Shown here piece after piece: positions 55,020-64,000 of a DNA stretch of 64,000 bases; position 1 is the stretch's first letter; every line of letters starts with the position of its first letter. The DNA comes from a virus: the IMG/VR virus record IMGVR_UViG_3300021963_000077, positions 25,511 through 89,510 of that record; one strand, given 5' to 3'. The notes below the pieces were generated by a model. That model searched no databases, was not told the origin of the DNA, and saw only the letters and a program-made list of their open reading frames with translations. The position numbers and the translations under genes were made by a program.

Positions 55020-56291
55020 ATGCCAGCAGTAAGAAATCGCATACCAGATGCACTTGCAAAGTTTGAAACGATAGGAACTTCTGCCTCGTGGCAGGTGTAT
55101 AACGGAGTTGCGTCAAAAGCTGGAAGATCTGCTTTTCTAGCGACGCATCAGACTCTACGTATAACACCATCAACTAGCGGAACTCCAATAATACTAGAAA
55201 CGTCGTTTTATGCAGACTCAGCTGATCTTGCGCGCGCAATGTTATTTTCTGCTTTTGTTAGGTGCCATGTTGGAGCAACGGTTACTACTCTTTTATGTGA
55301 TGCTCTCAGCCCAATGCCTCCATATTCAAATGGTTCACAAATTGCCATAGAAAAAAGCATTCCACGATCAGAACATGGGACATTGGCGACAGGTGGATGG
55401 ACTGTAATTAGGTCAAATAGCTATACGCCACCAAACACTGGCTCACAGCCAAAACTTAAAATGTCCATGCGCATATCTGTTGCTGATCATAGTGCTCTAG
55501 TTAATTCAGCAGAGCCATATGTTTATGTTTCAATACCTGCGTGCTATGGTGAATATGATTTTCAGAATAATCAATCGGCACTGTATTCATTTTTTGGACT
55601 ACCCCAGGTATTCCGCGATTACGAAAAATCAAGCACGCCAGATTGGCCTATTTTTAGAATGCTAGATGTGCTTAATTTTGGGACTGGAGTATCAGACGAT
55701 TATGCAGATGAGTGGACATACGTTGATTACCTAGATGGCTTTGATGGCACATCAGCCACCAGAAGCAAGCTGGTTGATCCAGTAGTTGCCCCAATTACGG
55801 TACTTCCATGGTTGAATCAGTTTGTAGGAAGCAAGAACGTCGCTGGAACAGCAACACGTACGCCATGGGCCTCAATTCCTGCCACTTGGGGGCTTATTGA
55901 CAGCGAAATGGACGACAACGCAGACGGAACTCTTGAGTGGGACGAATTTGAAGCATATAGTCCGTCATTCGCAAATAGCGAAAATTCCCTAAGGTGGCAG
56001 GCCAGCACCGGTTTTGCTGGTTACGCTGCAGGATCATACGAGGCCATTGAGGCAGCCGTAAAGTTTGTTTTAACAGGAACAAAATGGGTAGATATCTCAA
56101 TAATGGGATTTACGGTGGAAACTGCGCCTTCCAAGATAGTTCCAACATGGACACTGACCGTTACAACATATGTTGAAGAGACTCCAGATGTTACTGATAT
56201 TTCCGATACGAGCGCTTTGGTCGAGGGTATTATTGATGATGTTAAGCCAATCGGCATAAAGGTTATACATCAACTGATAGCAATGCCGTAA
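55020..56291 (+). CDS. Baseplate wedge / tail protein I-like
   Basis: LPQVFR, LPWLNQFVG, GSYEAI, VKPIGI. Confidence 0.7.
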   Translation: MPAVRNRIPDALAKFETIGTSASWQVYNGVASKAGRSAFLATHQTLRITPSTSGTPIILETSFYADSADLARAMLFSAFVRCHVGATVTTLLCDALSPMPPYSNGSQIAIEKSIPRSEHGTLATGGWTVIRSNSYTPPNTGSQPKLKMSMRISVADHSALVNSAEPYVYVSIPACYGEYDFQNNQSALYSFFGLPQVFRDYEKSSTPDWPIFRMLDVLNFGTGVSDDYADEWTYVDYLDGFDGTSATRSKLVDPVVAPITVLPWLNQFVGSKNVAGTATRTPWASIPATWGLIDSEMDDNADGTLEWDEFEAYSPSFANSENSLRWQASTGFAGYAAGSYEAIEAAVKFVLTGTKWVDISIMGFTVETAPSKIVPTWTLTVTTYVEETPDVTDISDTSALVEGIIDDVKPIGIKVIHQLIAMP

Positions 56292-56327
56292 AACTTTTGC
56301 GTAATCTTTTACTTAGATAGGTGAATC

Positions 56328-57158
56328 ATGACAGCCGTACAGGGAGATAGATTCGGGATATACACATGGACGCAGGACTCAGACGAGTTCACGCGTGTGC
56401 AGATGAATACCTCCCATGACGCCATAGAGGACTACGGAGCAAAATTTTTTACTGGGTCAGATGCTCCCCCATCACCTGGAACAGAGGAGCATGTAGGGGC
56501 TGTTTACTACAGGACTTCCAATGGTGTTCTTTACTGGTATACGGGTTCAATCAATTTAGGAACTGGTGTATTCACATCTGGCGAATGGCTGCCCCTCAAC
56601 CAGTACGGAGTTGTTGGCGATATTCAGTCAATAACTGCAGGAGGCTCTTCTTCTGCTGGAGTTTCATCAAGCCTAGCTAGGGCCGATCATACACACGCTC
56701 TTTCAGCATCAACAACGCCATCATCGGTCGGCACTACGGCAGCTGTTGGATCTAGTGCGCAGGTAGCTAGAGCTGACCATGTTCATGTTCTTTCTAGCGG
56801 TTCAATTAATTCATCCGCCTTTTTTACTGCTGGCATAGTTGACGAAAGCGCAATAGGGTCAGCTGCTGTAACATCTGCAAAAATAAAGAGTAGTGGCTCG
56901 GTTGATGCTGACAGAACAATTGAATCTAACCACATAAAGAATAACGCTGTTATAGAACGAGCAATAAATACTGCAGCTGTGTCAAAAGACAAAATTGCTT
57001 CAGACAGTATTGTAAAAGTCAAAGTACATACAGGCGTAGCTGGTGGTCCAGGAGTTTATTTTAACGCCACGGCTTCTGGTGGTGGAGCAATCACATATGG
57101 AACAGCTGCTGTCTCTGGAACAGCAAACGATGGTGACATATACCTAAGGTATATCTAG
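56328..57158 (+). CDS. Tail fibre-like protein
   Basis: ARADHxH repeats, VTSAKI repeats, C-terminal GDIYL. Confidence 0.7.
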   Translation: MTAVQGDRFGIYTWTQDSDEFTRVQMNTSHDAIEDYGAKFFTGSDAPPSPGTEEHVGAVYYRTSNGVLYWYTGSINLGTGVFTSGEWLPLNQYGVVGDIQSITAGGSSSAGVSSSLARADHTHALSASTTPSSVGTTAAVGSSAQVARADHVHVLSSGSINSSAFFTAGIVDESAIGSAAVTSAKIKSSGSVDADRTIESNHIKNNAVIERAINTAAVSKDKIASDSIVKVKVHTGVAGGPGVYFNATASGGGAITYGTAAVSGTANDGDIYLRYI

Positions 57159-57171
57159 TAGGTCGTTAACG

Positions 57172-59292
57172 ATGCCAGCTGAACAACAGTCACACATATA
57201 CGTCAATGGTGCTTGGCGAACCATTGATGAGGTGTTTGTTTACACTGACGGTGCATGGAAGCGCGTAAATCAAGCCCATGTAAGGCATTCTGGAGTCTGG
57301 CGTAGATGGTACGCCTATGACGCAACAGCTCCTACTGTTTCCTCTTTTAATCTAAGTGGATTGACCGCAGGAGCCACATATGGGCCATCTCAGACATCTG
57401 CTACATATTTGCTTACATTCTCTGAAGCTGTAACTGGCCTAGCGATTGGAGATTTATCCTTCGTTGGCACATCAACTGGATGGACAATTGGAACGCCAAC
57501 AAATCCGTCTGGTGATGAAAAGACATATCAAATACCATTAACTGCAACATCGCCTACTAGTGGAACTGTTCAGATACGGCTCGCAAACAGTTCAGTTTCG
57601 GACTTAATAGATGGCTCACCATATAATGTTTTCAGTTCTGGGCCAGCAAATTCTCAATCTTTTATAATTGATTCTGGCGCACCTTCTGTCGTGGCCTTCT
57701 CAAGTAATACTTCCAGCACAGCTAGAACAGTTGTTTTCAACTTGACATTTTCCGAGCCAGTAACCGGTCTTACAACATCAGACATACAGGTTGGGTCTGG
57801 TACATCAACTGGTTGGCAAGTATCTTCAGTGGCTGGTTCTGGAGCTGCCTACACAGTTACATTCACAGAAACATCAACTGGATCAACCATTGATGGAACT
57901 TTAATTCCACGACTACTAGCCAATGGGGTTACTGATTTACATGGCAATACTGGGCCAACCGCAAACGCAACAGCAACATCTTTCGCTGTTGTCAGAAAGC
58001 CACCCACGCCTTCCATAACCACAAACACATCGGTTAATACAAGTCTCCATAACCGCAGGATTGACACAACAGCATCAATGCCGGCAAGCCTTACATCCGT
58101 TGATACCGTATATGCGTATTACTACGATTCAAACGATAACTATATTGCAAGTAGCGTTTTAACAAATAGCGTTACAGCTACAACAAGTGCTTTCACATCA
58201 CCTTTCGCAAAAGATGTTGGTCGTAATCCAGGAACTAAATATTATGTCCGTATCCAGACCAAGAATACAGATGGACTATTTAGCGATGTCTCGGCACGGT
58301 CTGAAATAACAACTGGAGCAGATCAGACTCCACCAACCGTTGCGACGCCGACGATTGATAGACCAACATCTTTCGGAGATCCAGGCTATCCAGGGAGGTC
58401 TTCAAACTCCCGCGATCTTCGGATTAACTGGAATTACTCTGGCTTAACAAATGAGGTTGGTTCAATAACTGTCTATTTAGCTGGAAGCAGCTGGGACATT
58501 ACCAAGCCAGCTGGTGGATGGGGAACCGGTGGTGACTCCAGAACAGCAACCGGCCTCACTTGGGGTACTTCTTATTCTGGTTTTATACGCTCACATGATA
58601 TATATGGTGGAGTAAACAGTACGGCAGACTCTGGAAGCGCAAGTGGCTCAACTCAAGCTGCTGGATCAAGGGATCAGGCCAATTACTCACTCTCAATAGA
58701 CAATAACTACACTTACGAGGGTTGGGGATCGGATGAAGCGTTCACGAACTGGGGTAGTGCCGTCGGAACGCCTGGTTTGGCAAATGACGGAAGCCTATTA
58801 ACGGTTTGGGTTTCAAACAGTAATACTGGTGGTTGGACTGGATGGACGGGTCATTACAGCATTTTAAACACCCAACCAGTTGGTGGAGTATTTGAAGATG
58901 GCGCTTACCTAACTGGAGTAACTATAAGCACAGGCTTGCTTCACGAAACCGTTTATCTTGGCGTTTACACAGCATACAGTGGTAATTATATTGATTTACC
59001 AGACGGATATGGAAATGATCCAGCCTACGGAAGTCCTGTTATTTCACACATGCGATCTAATGGTGGTGGCGCCGCTTCCGCATTCTCCATGCCTCAAGAA
59101 TTCAAAATCAGAGATGCAGGTAATTCTGGCAGTGGATCGGTTGGACCTGGTCACTTTAGGCTAAGACTCGTTGCGACTGCGCGCAATTATGCAGGTAACT
59201 ACGGCGTTACTGGAACAACCCCTCGTTTCGGATTAATAGAAGTAAACTTTACTGTGGTCTGTCGTCGTTATACTCCTGCTTATAACTGGTAA
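57172..59292 (+). CDS. Virion protein with two Ig-like repeats and FN3-like domains
   Basis: LTFSE[AP]VTGL x2; PGTKYYVRIQT; LTWGTSYS; Ser/Thr/Gly-rich. Confidence 0.72.
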   Translation: MPAEQQSHIYVNGAWRTIDEVFVYTDGAWKRVNQAHVRHSGVWRRWYAYDATAPTVSSFNLSGLTAGATYGPSQTSATYLLTFSEAVTGLAIGDLSFVGTSTGWTIGTPTNPSGDEKTYQIPLTATSPTSGTVQIRLANSSVSDLIDGSPYNVFSSGPANSQSFIIDSGAPSVVAFSSNTSSTARTVVFNLTFSEPVTGLTTSDIQVGSGTSTGWQVSSVAGSGAAYTVTFTETSTGSTIDGTLIPRLLANGVTDLHGNTGPTANATATSFAVVRKPPTPSITTNTSVNTSLHNRRIDTTASMPASLTSVDTVYAYYYDSNDNYIASSVLTNSVTATTSAFTSPFAKDVGRNPGTKYYVRIQTKNTDGLFSDVSARSEITTGADQTPPTVATPTIDRPTSFGDPGYPGRSSNSRDLRINWNYSGLTNEVGSITVYLAGSSWDITKPAGGWGTGGDSRTATGLTWGTSYSGFIRSHDIYGGVNSTADSGSASGSTQAAGSRDQANYSLSIDNNYTYEGWGSDEAFTNWGSAVGTPGLANDGSLLTVWVSNSNTGGWTGWTGHYSILNTQPVGGVFEDGAYLTGVTISTGLLHETVYLGVYTAYSGNYIDLPDGYGNDPAYGSPVISHMRSNGGGAASAFSMPQEFKIRDAGNSGSGSVGPGHFRLRLVATARNYAGNYGVTGTTPRFGLIEVNFTVVCRRYTPAYNW

Positions 59293-59295
59293 GCC

Positions 59296-59619
59296 ATGGA
59301 ACAAGTATTGATCGCCGTAGCAACTGTACTAACTGCCATTATTTCAAGCGCAGCAATAATGCGTGGGCAACGCCGGCAAAGTGCGCAACACGAAGCTGAC
59401 AATAATACTGTTCAAATTCAAACAATTTTTGATGGATATAGTCGTATTGTTGCTGACCTACATGCAGAGGTTCAGAGGCTACACTCTGTAGTGGACGCGC
59501 TCCACAAGGAACAGGAGGCATGCGAAGAGCGAAATGTTGCTCTGGAGCAAGAAATTGAAAACCTGCAAAGCAGGATATGCCGACTGGAGGAGACCAGCAA
59601 TGGAGCCGGAAGAGACTAA
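59296..59619 (+). CDS. Membrane-anchored coiled-coil protein (possible lysis accessory)
   Basis: N-terminal hydrophobic helix followed by a heptad pattern. Confidence 0.6.
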   Translation: MEQVLIAVATVLTAIISSAAIMRGQRRQSAQHEADNNTVQIQTIFDGYSRIVADLHAEVQRLHSVVDALHKEQEACEERNVALEQEIENLQSRICRLEETSNGAGRD

Positions 59620-59839
59620 TAACACATTTCTTGACATAGTTAAAAAAGCGATGCCAGATAAAATAATTGCAAATTTTGTAGTTGTCGCTGAAATGGTTGA
59701 TGGAACAAATACCGAATTGTCAATTTTTGTTAGTGAATCAATGACTCCGTGGCTGGCTAGTGGAATGCTACAAGCAGCCATGGATCTGGTTGCCGATGGC
59801 CAGCAGTCAATAATTGAAGATGATGACGACGATGAGTGA
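59600..59839 (+). CDS. Small acidic hypothetical protein
   Basis: Start ATG 59600. Confidence 0.55.
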   Translation: MEPEETNNTFLDIVKKAMPDKIIANFVVVAEMVDGTNTELSIFVSESMTPWLASGMLQAAMDLVADGQQSIIEDDDDDE

Positions 59840-59889
59840 CAGAATCATCATCTGCAGCCCATTAAAAATAAGTAAACTATAAAGACTGG

Positions 59890-60267
59890 TTGGAGGCCAA
59901 GGTGATTGCGGGTATATACAACATCCTATGCGAACAAGGAACAACATTTGGTCGCGTCTTGGATTTGCAGTACCCCGACCCTGTTGATCCAGAAATTTAC
60001 CATCCTTTTGACTTGCAAAACTTTACAGCAAGAATGCAAGTGAGAAGAACTATGGACTCTAGCTCTACGCTTGTTGAGCTAACCACTGCAAATGGTCGGA
60101 TAATACTAAATGAAGAGCCAGGACGAATTCGGCTCTCGATGAGTGATGAAGTTACCGCCGGCATAACCACCAGTGGGGTCTATGACTTAGAAATCATTGA
60201 CGCTGGGGGCTTTGTCTCTAGGGTGGTTCAGGGCAACTTCACCCTGTCACAGGAGGTGACAAGGTGA
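59890..60267 (+). CDS. Virion structural protein (beta-rich)
   Basis: EQGTTF, TARMQVR, GVYDLEI; start may be GTG 59902 after GGAGG. Confidence 0.65.
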   Translation: MEAKVIAGIYNILCEQGTTFGRVLDLQYPDPVDPEIYHPFDLQNFTARMQVRRTMDSSSTLVELTTANGRIILNEEPGRIRLSMSDEVTAGITTSGVYDLEIIDAGGFVSRVVQGNFTLSQEVTR

Positions 60268-60578
60268 GCGCTGGGCCATTGCCAAACCAAGTCAATATCT
60301 ATCAAGACACTCCAAATCAAGTAATAATTGATCAGGATGCTGAAAATAGAGTAATTGTCCGAAGCCTGTCTGGAGCTGGTAACACCAGACGCCATGTCCA
60401 CTCTCAGGCCAGCCCACAGACGACTTGGACTATAAACCATACGCTTGGCGGAAAACCTTCTGTAATGGTTGTGGATTCTGCAGATACAGTCGTTATTGGT
60501 GAGGTAACATATATTAGCAATACTCAGGTGCAGGTGTCTTTTACAGCAGCTTTTTCTGGATATGCGTACTTAACATAA
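60264..60578 (+). CDS. Small virion protein with WTINHxLG module
   Basis: TWTINHTLGGKPSV...FSGYAYL. Confidence 0.65.
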   Translation: MSAGPLPNQVNIYQDTPNQVIIDQDAENRVIVRSLSGAGNTRRHVHSQASPQTTWTINHTLGGKPSVMVVDSADTVVIGEVTYISNTQVQVSFTAAFSGYAYLT

Positions 60579-60588
60579 GGCAGGGCCA

Positions 60589-62070
60589 ATGGCAACACGT
60601 TTTGTAACAAATCTTGACCTCGTACAAAATCAAATTCTTAATGGTCGCTTTGAATCAGTAGCTAGCGATCCAAATACGAATAACTTCGAGGGTCGGTTAA
60701 TTTACAACACCACCGAAGACACCATCAAGGTGTGGACTGGTTCAGCATGGCGCAAGATGCTCCATGGCATTACTTCGTCTGGTACAGCTTCTGAAGCTCT
60801 GACCATAAGCGAAACCAATGGTGCTGTAACAATCACGCCGAATCTGGCAACTAGCACCGATGACGGTGTTATGTCTGCTTCCGACAAAAGCAAACTTGAT
60901 GCAGCGACAGCTTCTGATGGTGTCAGCACACTTGTCATGCGTGATGCGTCTGGCCGTTTTCAGGCTGCAACGCCTTCTGCTGGTCTAGATGTCGCGAACA
61001 AAGCGTATGTTGATTCAGCCAGAACTGGACTTGATGTTAAAGCCTCTGTAAAGGTTGCAACAACTGGGCCAATAACTCTGTCAACTGGCCTAGAGGCTGG
61101 TGACACGATTGATGGCTACACGCTAGTAGCTGGTGATCGCGTTCTTGTTAAGAACCAAGACACGGCTTCAGAAAATGGCATTTATGTTGTTGCTGAAACT
61201 GGTGCCCCAAGCCGCGCCACCGACGCTGACTCTTCACTTGAGGTCAGCCCAGGAATGTTCACATTCGTTGAACAGGGCACCATAAACGCCGACTCTGGCT
61301 GGGTGCTCATTACAGATGGCACCATCAACCTTGGAACAACCGGTCTCGAGTTCTCGCTGTTCTCTGTTGCTGGAAATATCCTTGCTGGTGATGGTCTTCT
61401 CAAAACTGGTGACGTTCTATCTGTTCGGGTAGACGACAACGCAGCGAGCCCTACTCTTGAAATATCAAGCGACAGACTGAGAATTGCATCAACCGCTGCT
61501 GGAAGTGGTCTTGGCGGCGGTGGGGCTAGCCCACTCTCGGTAAATGTAGCCGCTGCTGGTGGTATAGAAATATCTTCAGACAACCTTCAAATCAAGGTTG
61601 ATGGAGCTGTAAGCGGTCTGGAAACAACGTCTGATGGCCTGCACCTGAAGTCAAACATTGCCGGCACTGGCCTGACTTTCACTGCTGGCGTACTGTCAGT
61701 TAATGCGATTGATCTCGATTCGTCAAGTGGCGGCGGTGTAACTGGAATACTTCCGATTGCCAACGGTGGCACGAATGCTTCCACTGAGTCTCAAGCACGT
61801 ACAAATCTTGCGGCGACATCACCAACTGGTGCAAACACATCAACCCCAGTTCTTGCACGTGTTGCAAATAAGGTAATCGGTGATGGTGCATCTACATCCT
61901 TCACAGTTACTCATAATTTTGGGACAAGGGCAGTAGTTGTTCAAGTATTTGACTCTTCTTCTTACGACACAGTTATAGCTGATGTTGTTCGCACAACAAC
62001 AGATTCGGTAACTGTTTCATTCTCTGTTGCTCCAGCAAGCAACGCATTTACAGTCGTCGTAACAGGTTAG
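60589..62070 (+). CDS. Tail fibre-like structural protein
   Basis: ANKAYVD, GDRVLVKNQ..SENGIY, AGxGL repeats, LPIANGGT, THNFGT. Confidence 0.75.
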   Translation: MATRFVTNLDLVQNQILNGRFESVASDPNTNNFEGRLIYNTTEDTIKVWTGSAWRKMLHGITSSGTASEALTISETNGAVTITPNLATSTDDGVMSASDKSKLDAATASDGVSTLVMRDASGRFQAATPSAGLDVANKAYVDSARTGLDVKASVKVATTGPITLSTGLEAGDTIDGYTLVAGDRVLVKNQDTASENGIYVVAETGAPSRATDADSSLEVSPGMFTFVEQGTINADSGWVLITDGTINLGTTGLEFSLFSVAGNILAGDGLLKTGDVLSVRVDDNAASPTLEISSDRLRIASTAAGSGLGGGGASPLSVNVAAAGGIEISSDNLQIKVDGAVSGLETTSDGLHLKSNIAGTGLTFTAGVLSVNAIDLDSSSGGGVTGILPIANGGTNASTESQARTNLAATSPTGANTSTPVLARVANKVIGDGASTSFTVTHNFGTRAVVVQVFDSSSYDTVIADVVRTTTDSVTVSFSVAPASNAFTVVVTG

Positions 62071-62078
62071 GAGCCACG

Positions 62079-62273
62079 ATGAAACTAACAGAAGCACAAA
62101 AGGCAATGATTGCGTCATACGGACGTAGCGTCCTTGGCGCAGGCGTTGCCACATGGGTGTCAACCCAAGACTGGAAACTAACTGCTAACGCTCTTTGGGC
62201 AGCCGCACTTCCGGTTATCATGCGTTACCTAAACCCGAAGGACACAGCTTTCGGTAAGGGTTCTAGCAAGTAA
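62079..62273 (+). CDS. Small membrane protein, holin-like
   Basis: Two short hydrophobic segments, RYLNPKDTAFG. Confidence 0.55.
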   Translation: MKLTEAQKAMIASYGRSVLGAGVATWVSTQDWKLTANALWAAALPVIMRYLNPKDTAFGKGSSK

Positions 62274-62328
62274 GATCAACATACCGCCTCGAGGGGCGCA
62301 CAAGTAGAAGACAGTTGAGGCTGTATTC

Positions 62329-64000
62329 ATGACACGATTTGTAGGCACACCCCTACGCGGAATAGAGTTCGCTACACCAAGTGACGAGGCTATATCTGCG
62401 CGTGTTGTGAATGATGCCCATCCGCGCCTCAGAATTGACGCTGGTGGTCGCCTCACATGGTCTGGTGGTTCAGCTACCGGAGATGTAACTCTTTATCGCG
62501 ACTCAGCAAATGTACTGAAGTCCGATGACCTTCTACAGGCCCTCGGTGGAATAGCTACAGTCACGACAAACGGAGCACCAACAGCAAGCTCTCCTGACGG
62601 AACAATCGCTGTTGATACTACTAACGATGCATTTTATTTCCGCAGTGGCGGTGAATGGCTCCAGGTTTCATCAGGGGCTAATGTCACAATCTCCAGCACT
62701 GAACCAGCTGGCGCAGAATCCGGCGATCTTTGGTTTGATTCAGACACGCTCGTCCTTTACATACTCAACGGAGCCTCATGGGTCGGCGTAAGTGGATCAC
62801 TAACCCTTGCTGAACTTGACGATGTATCAATTCCAAGTCCACAAGCCGGCGACATACTTGCCTACGATGGAACAAACTGGATTGCTTCTCTTGGAAATAA
62901 CCCAAAATATGCAGTTGCTGAGATAGTTGGCGATGAGTTTGAAACCGAATTCACCATTACCCATAACTTTGGATCACGCGATGTTTTAGTTGTTGCGCGA
63001 AATAATGCCTCCCCATACGAGAACATAGAAATTGCATGGGAGGCAACAGACGAAAATACAGTTGATATTCTTTTTAGCTCCGCTCCAGGCGTGAATGGCG
63101 CACGTATCAATGTTTTATATACAGGTGCCACCACCTTCAACGGAACTTTTATGCAGACGATTGGCGATGGCACATCACTTTCGTATGTCATCACCCACGA
63201 TTTTGATACACGAGATATCAATGTTGTATGTCGCGAAGCTTCAAGCCCATATGGTGTAGTTGATGTTGCGTGGGAGGCGACTACAGCCAATACGGTGACG
63301 CTATATTTTTCAGAAGCCCCAAGCGTTAATGAAATACGAGCAATTGTTTATTCATCTGAAATATTCTTCAGTCGCGTCGGAGCTCGGTTCCTCGATGAAC
63401 TGGATGACACGATTGTTACGGCTGCCACATCTGGTCAAGTACTGCAATTTAATGGTTCTAACTGGGTAAATAGCAATATAACCCTCAATGAAATATCAAA
63501 TGTCAATGTAACTGGCGCAACAACAGGACAGTTCTTGAAGTTTGATGGAACAAACTGGATACCTGGGTCGGTTACTGGATTTGCAACAGAGGGATATGTA
63601 AATACCGCTATTAGCAACCTTGTTGATTCTGCACCACCAGCTCTAGATACCCTCAATGAGCTAGCTGCAGCACTAAATGACGATGAAAGCTTCTCCACAA
63701 CAGTCACAAATGCCCTATCTGCCAAGGCTCCGCTTGCGTCACCCGCCCTCACCGGCACCCCAACAGCACCAACAGCAACTCTCGGAACCGATACAACTCA
63801 AATAGCAACAACTGAATTTGTTCAAGATGCAATCGGAAGTTTTGCAACCAACTTAGATGGTTTATCTGATGTAGTTATAACTTCTCCTGAAGAATTCCAA
63901 ACACTTGAATACAATGGCACCAACTGGGTTAATGCTTATTCTTCTGTTGTCTCCAATGTCCGCAATGCCGAATCAACAACAATTACAACAGGAACTGTCG
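62329..64000 (+). CDS. Tail fibre protein (partial, runs off right edge)
   Basis: Not in the ORF track; translated by hand: MTRFVGTPLRG...GDLWFDSD...LDDVSI...YDGTNW, THNFG repeats, LVDSAPPALDTLNELAAAL, KAPLASPALTGTPTAPT. Confidence 0.8.
   Translation, partial: MTRFVGTPLRGIEFATPSDEAISARVVNDAHPRLRIDAGGRLTWSGGSATGDVTLYRDSANVLKSDDLLQALGGIATVTTNGAPTASSPDGTIAVDTTNDAFYFRSGGEWLQVSSGANVTISSTEPAGAESGDLWFDSDTLVLYILNGASWVGVSGSLTLAELDDVSIPSPQAGDILAYDGTNWIASLGNNPKYAVAEIVGDEFETEFTITHNFGSRDVLVVARNNASPYENIEIAWEATDENTVDILFSSAPGVNGARINVLYTGATTFNGTFMQTIGDGTSLSYVITHDFDTRDINVVCREASSPYGVVDVAWEATTANTVTLYFSEAPSVNEIRAIVYSSEIFFSRVGARFLDELDDTIVTAATSGQVLQFNGSNWVNSNITLNEISNVNVTGATTGQFLKFDGTNWIPGSVTGFATEGYVNTAISNLVDSAPPALDTLNELAAALNDDESFSTTVTNALSAKAPLASPALTGTPTAPTATLGTDTTQIATTEFVQDAIGSFATNLDGLSDVVITSPEEFQTLEYNGTNWVNAYSSVVSNVRNAESTTITTGTV

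Noticed and set aside
62284-62326. Two small hairpins upstream of the last fibre gene, one covering the SD
   Set aside because: The stems are only 4-5 bp; this cannot be supported without comparative data.
1-64000. tRNA/rRNA genes, integrase, introns/inteins, stop-codon reassignment
   Set aside because: None was seen. Intergenic gaps are short, TerL, portal and MCP are uninterrupted, and all three stop codons end genes normally.

Overview
This window is a gene-dense, ~64 kb piece of a large tailed dsDNA phage with a contractile tail (myovirus-type). An actinobacterial host is possible but inferred only weakly. Two transcription blocks diverge at ~33.0 kb. The minus-strand block (33013 to 1) runs: portal-MuF fusion, a multidomain HK97-type prohead protease, ~25 kb of large modular ORFs with small partner ORFs, HK97 major capsid protein, a Cys-rich protein and a partial 2OG-Fe(II) hydroxylase. 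The plus-strand block (33080 to end) runs: terminase large subunit, recombination genes (Rad52/Sak-like, PD-(D/E)XK, HNH, RuvC), a ParB + PAPS-reductase-like + ParB module, head-tail joining genes, sheath, tube, frameshifting tail chaperone, tape measure, baseplate and fibre genes. The most striking feature is the protease-to-capsid interval. Six proteins, including the protease itself, share a cassette: K-[AS]-[LVM], an Arg-rich stretch, then R[FY]DxxAxDGDxDG[LF][VI]Q[DE]xTx[FW][EQ]RP (7 copies). About 12 [RK]-[IV]-S-G-[SA]-M-type linkers separate effector-like domains (Zeta-like kinase, HicA-like, sigma70-region-4-like HTH, KTSC-like, OGFr-like, HTH array); zincin, ART-like and kinase-like domains occur in the same cluster. 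One cassette copy can apparently be translated only by a -1 frameshift at T TTA AAA followed by a GC hairpin. I interpret this as a candidate system of capsid-packaged, proteolytically processed effector polyproteins. All domain calls come from reading motifs by eye; no searches were run.
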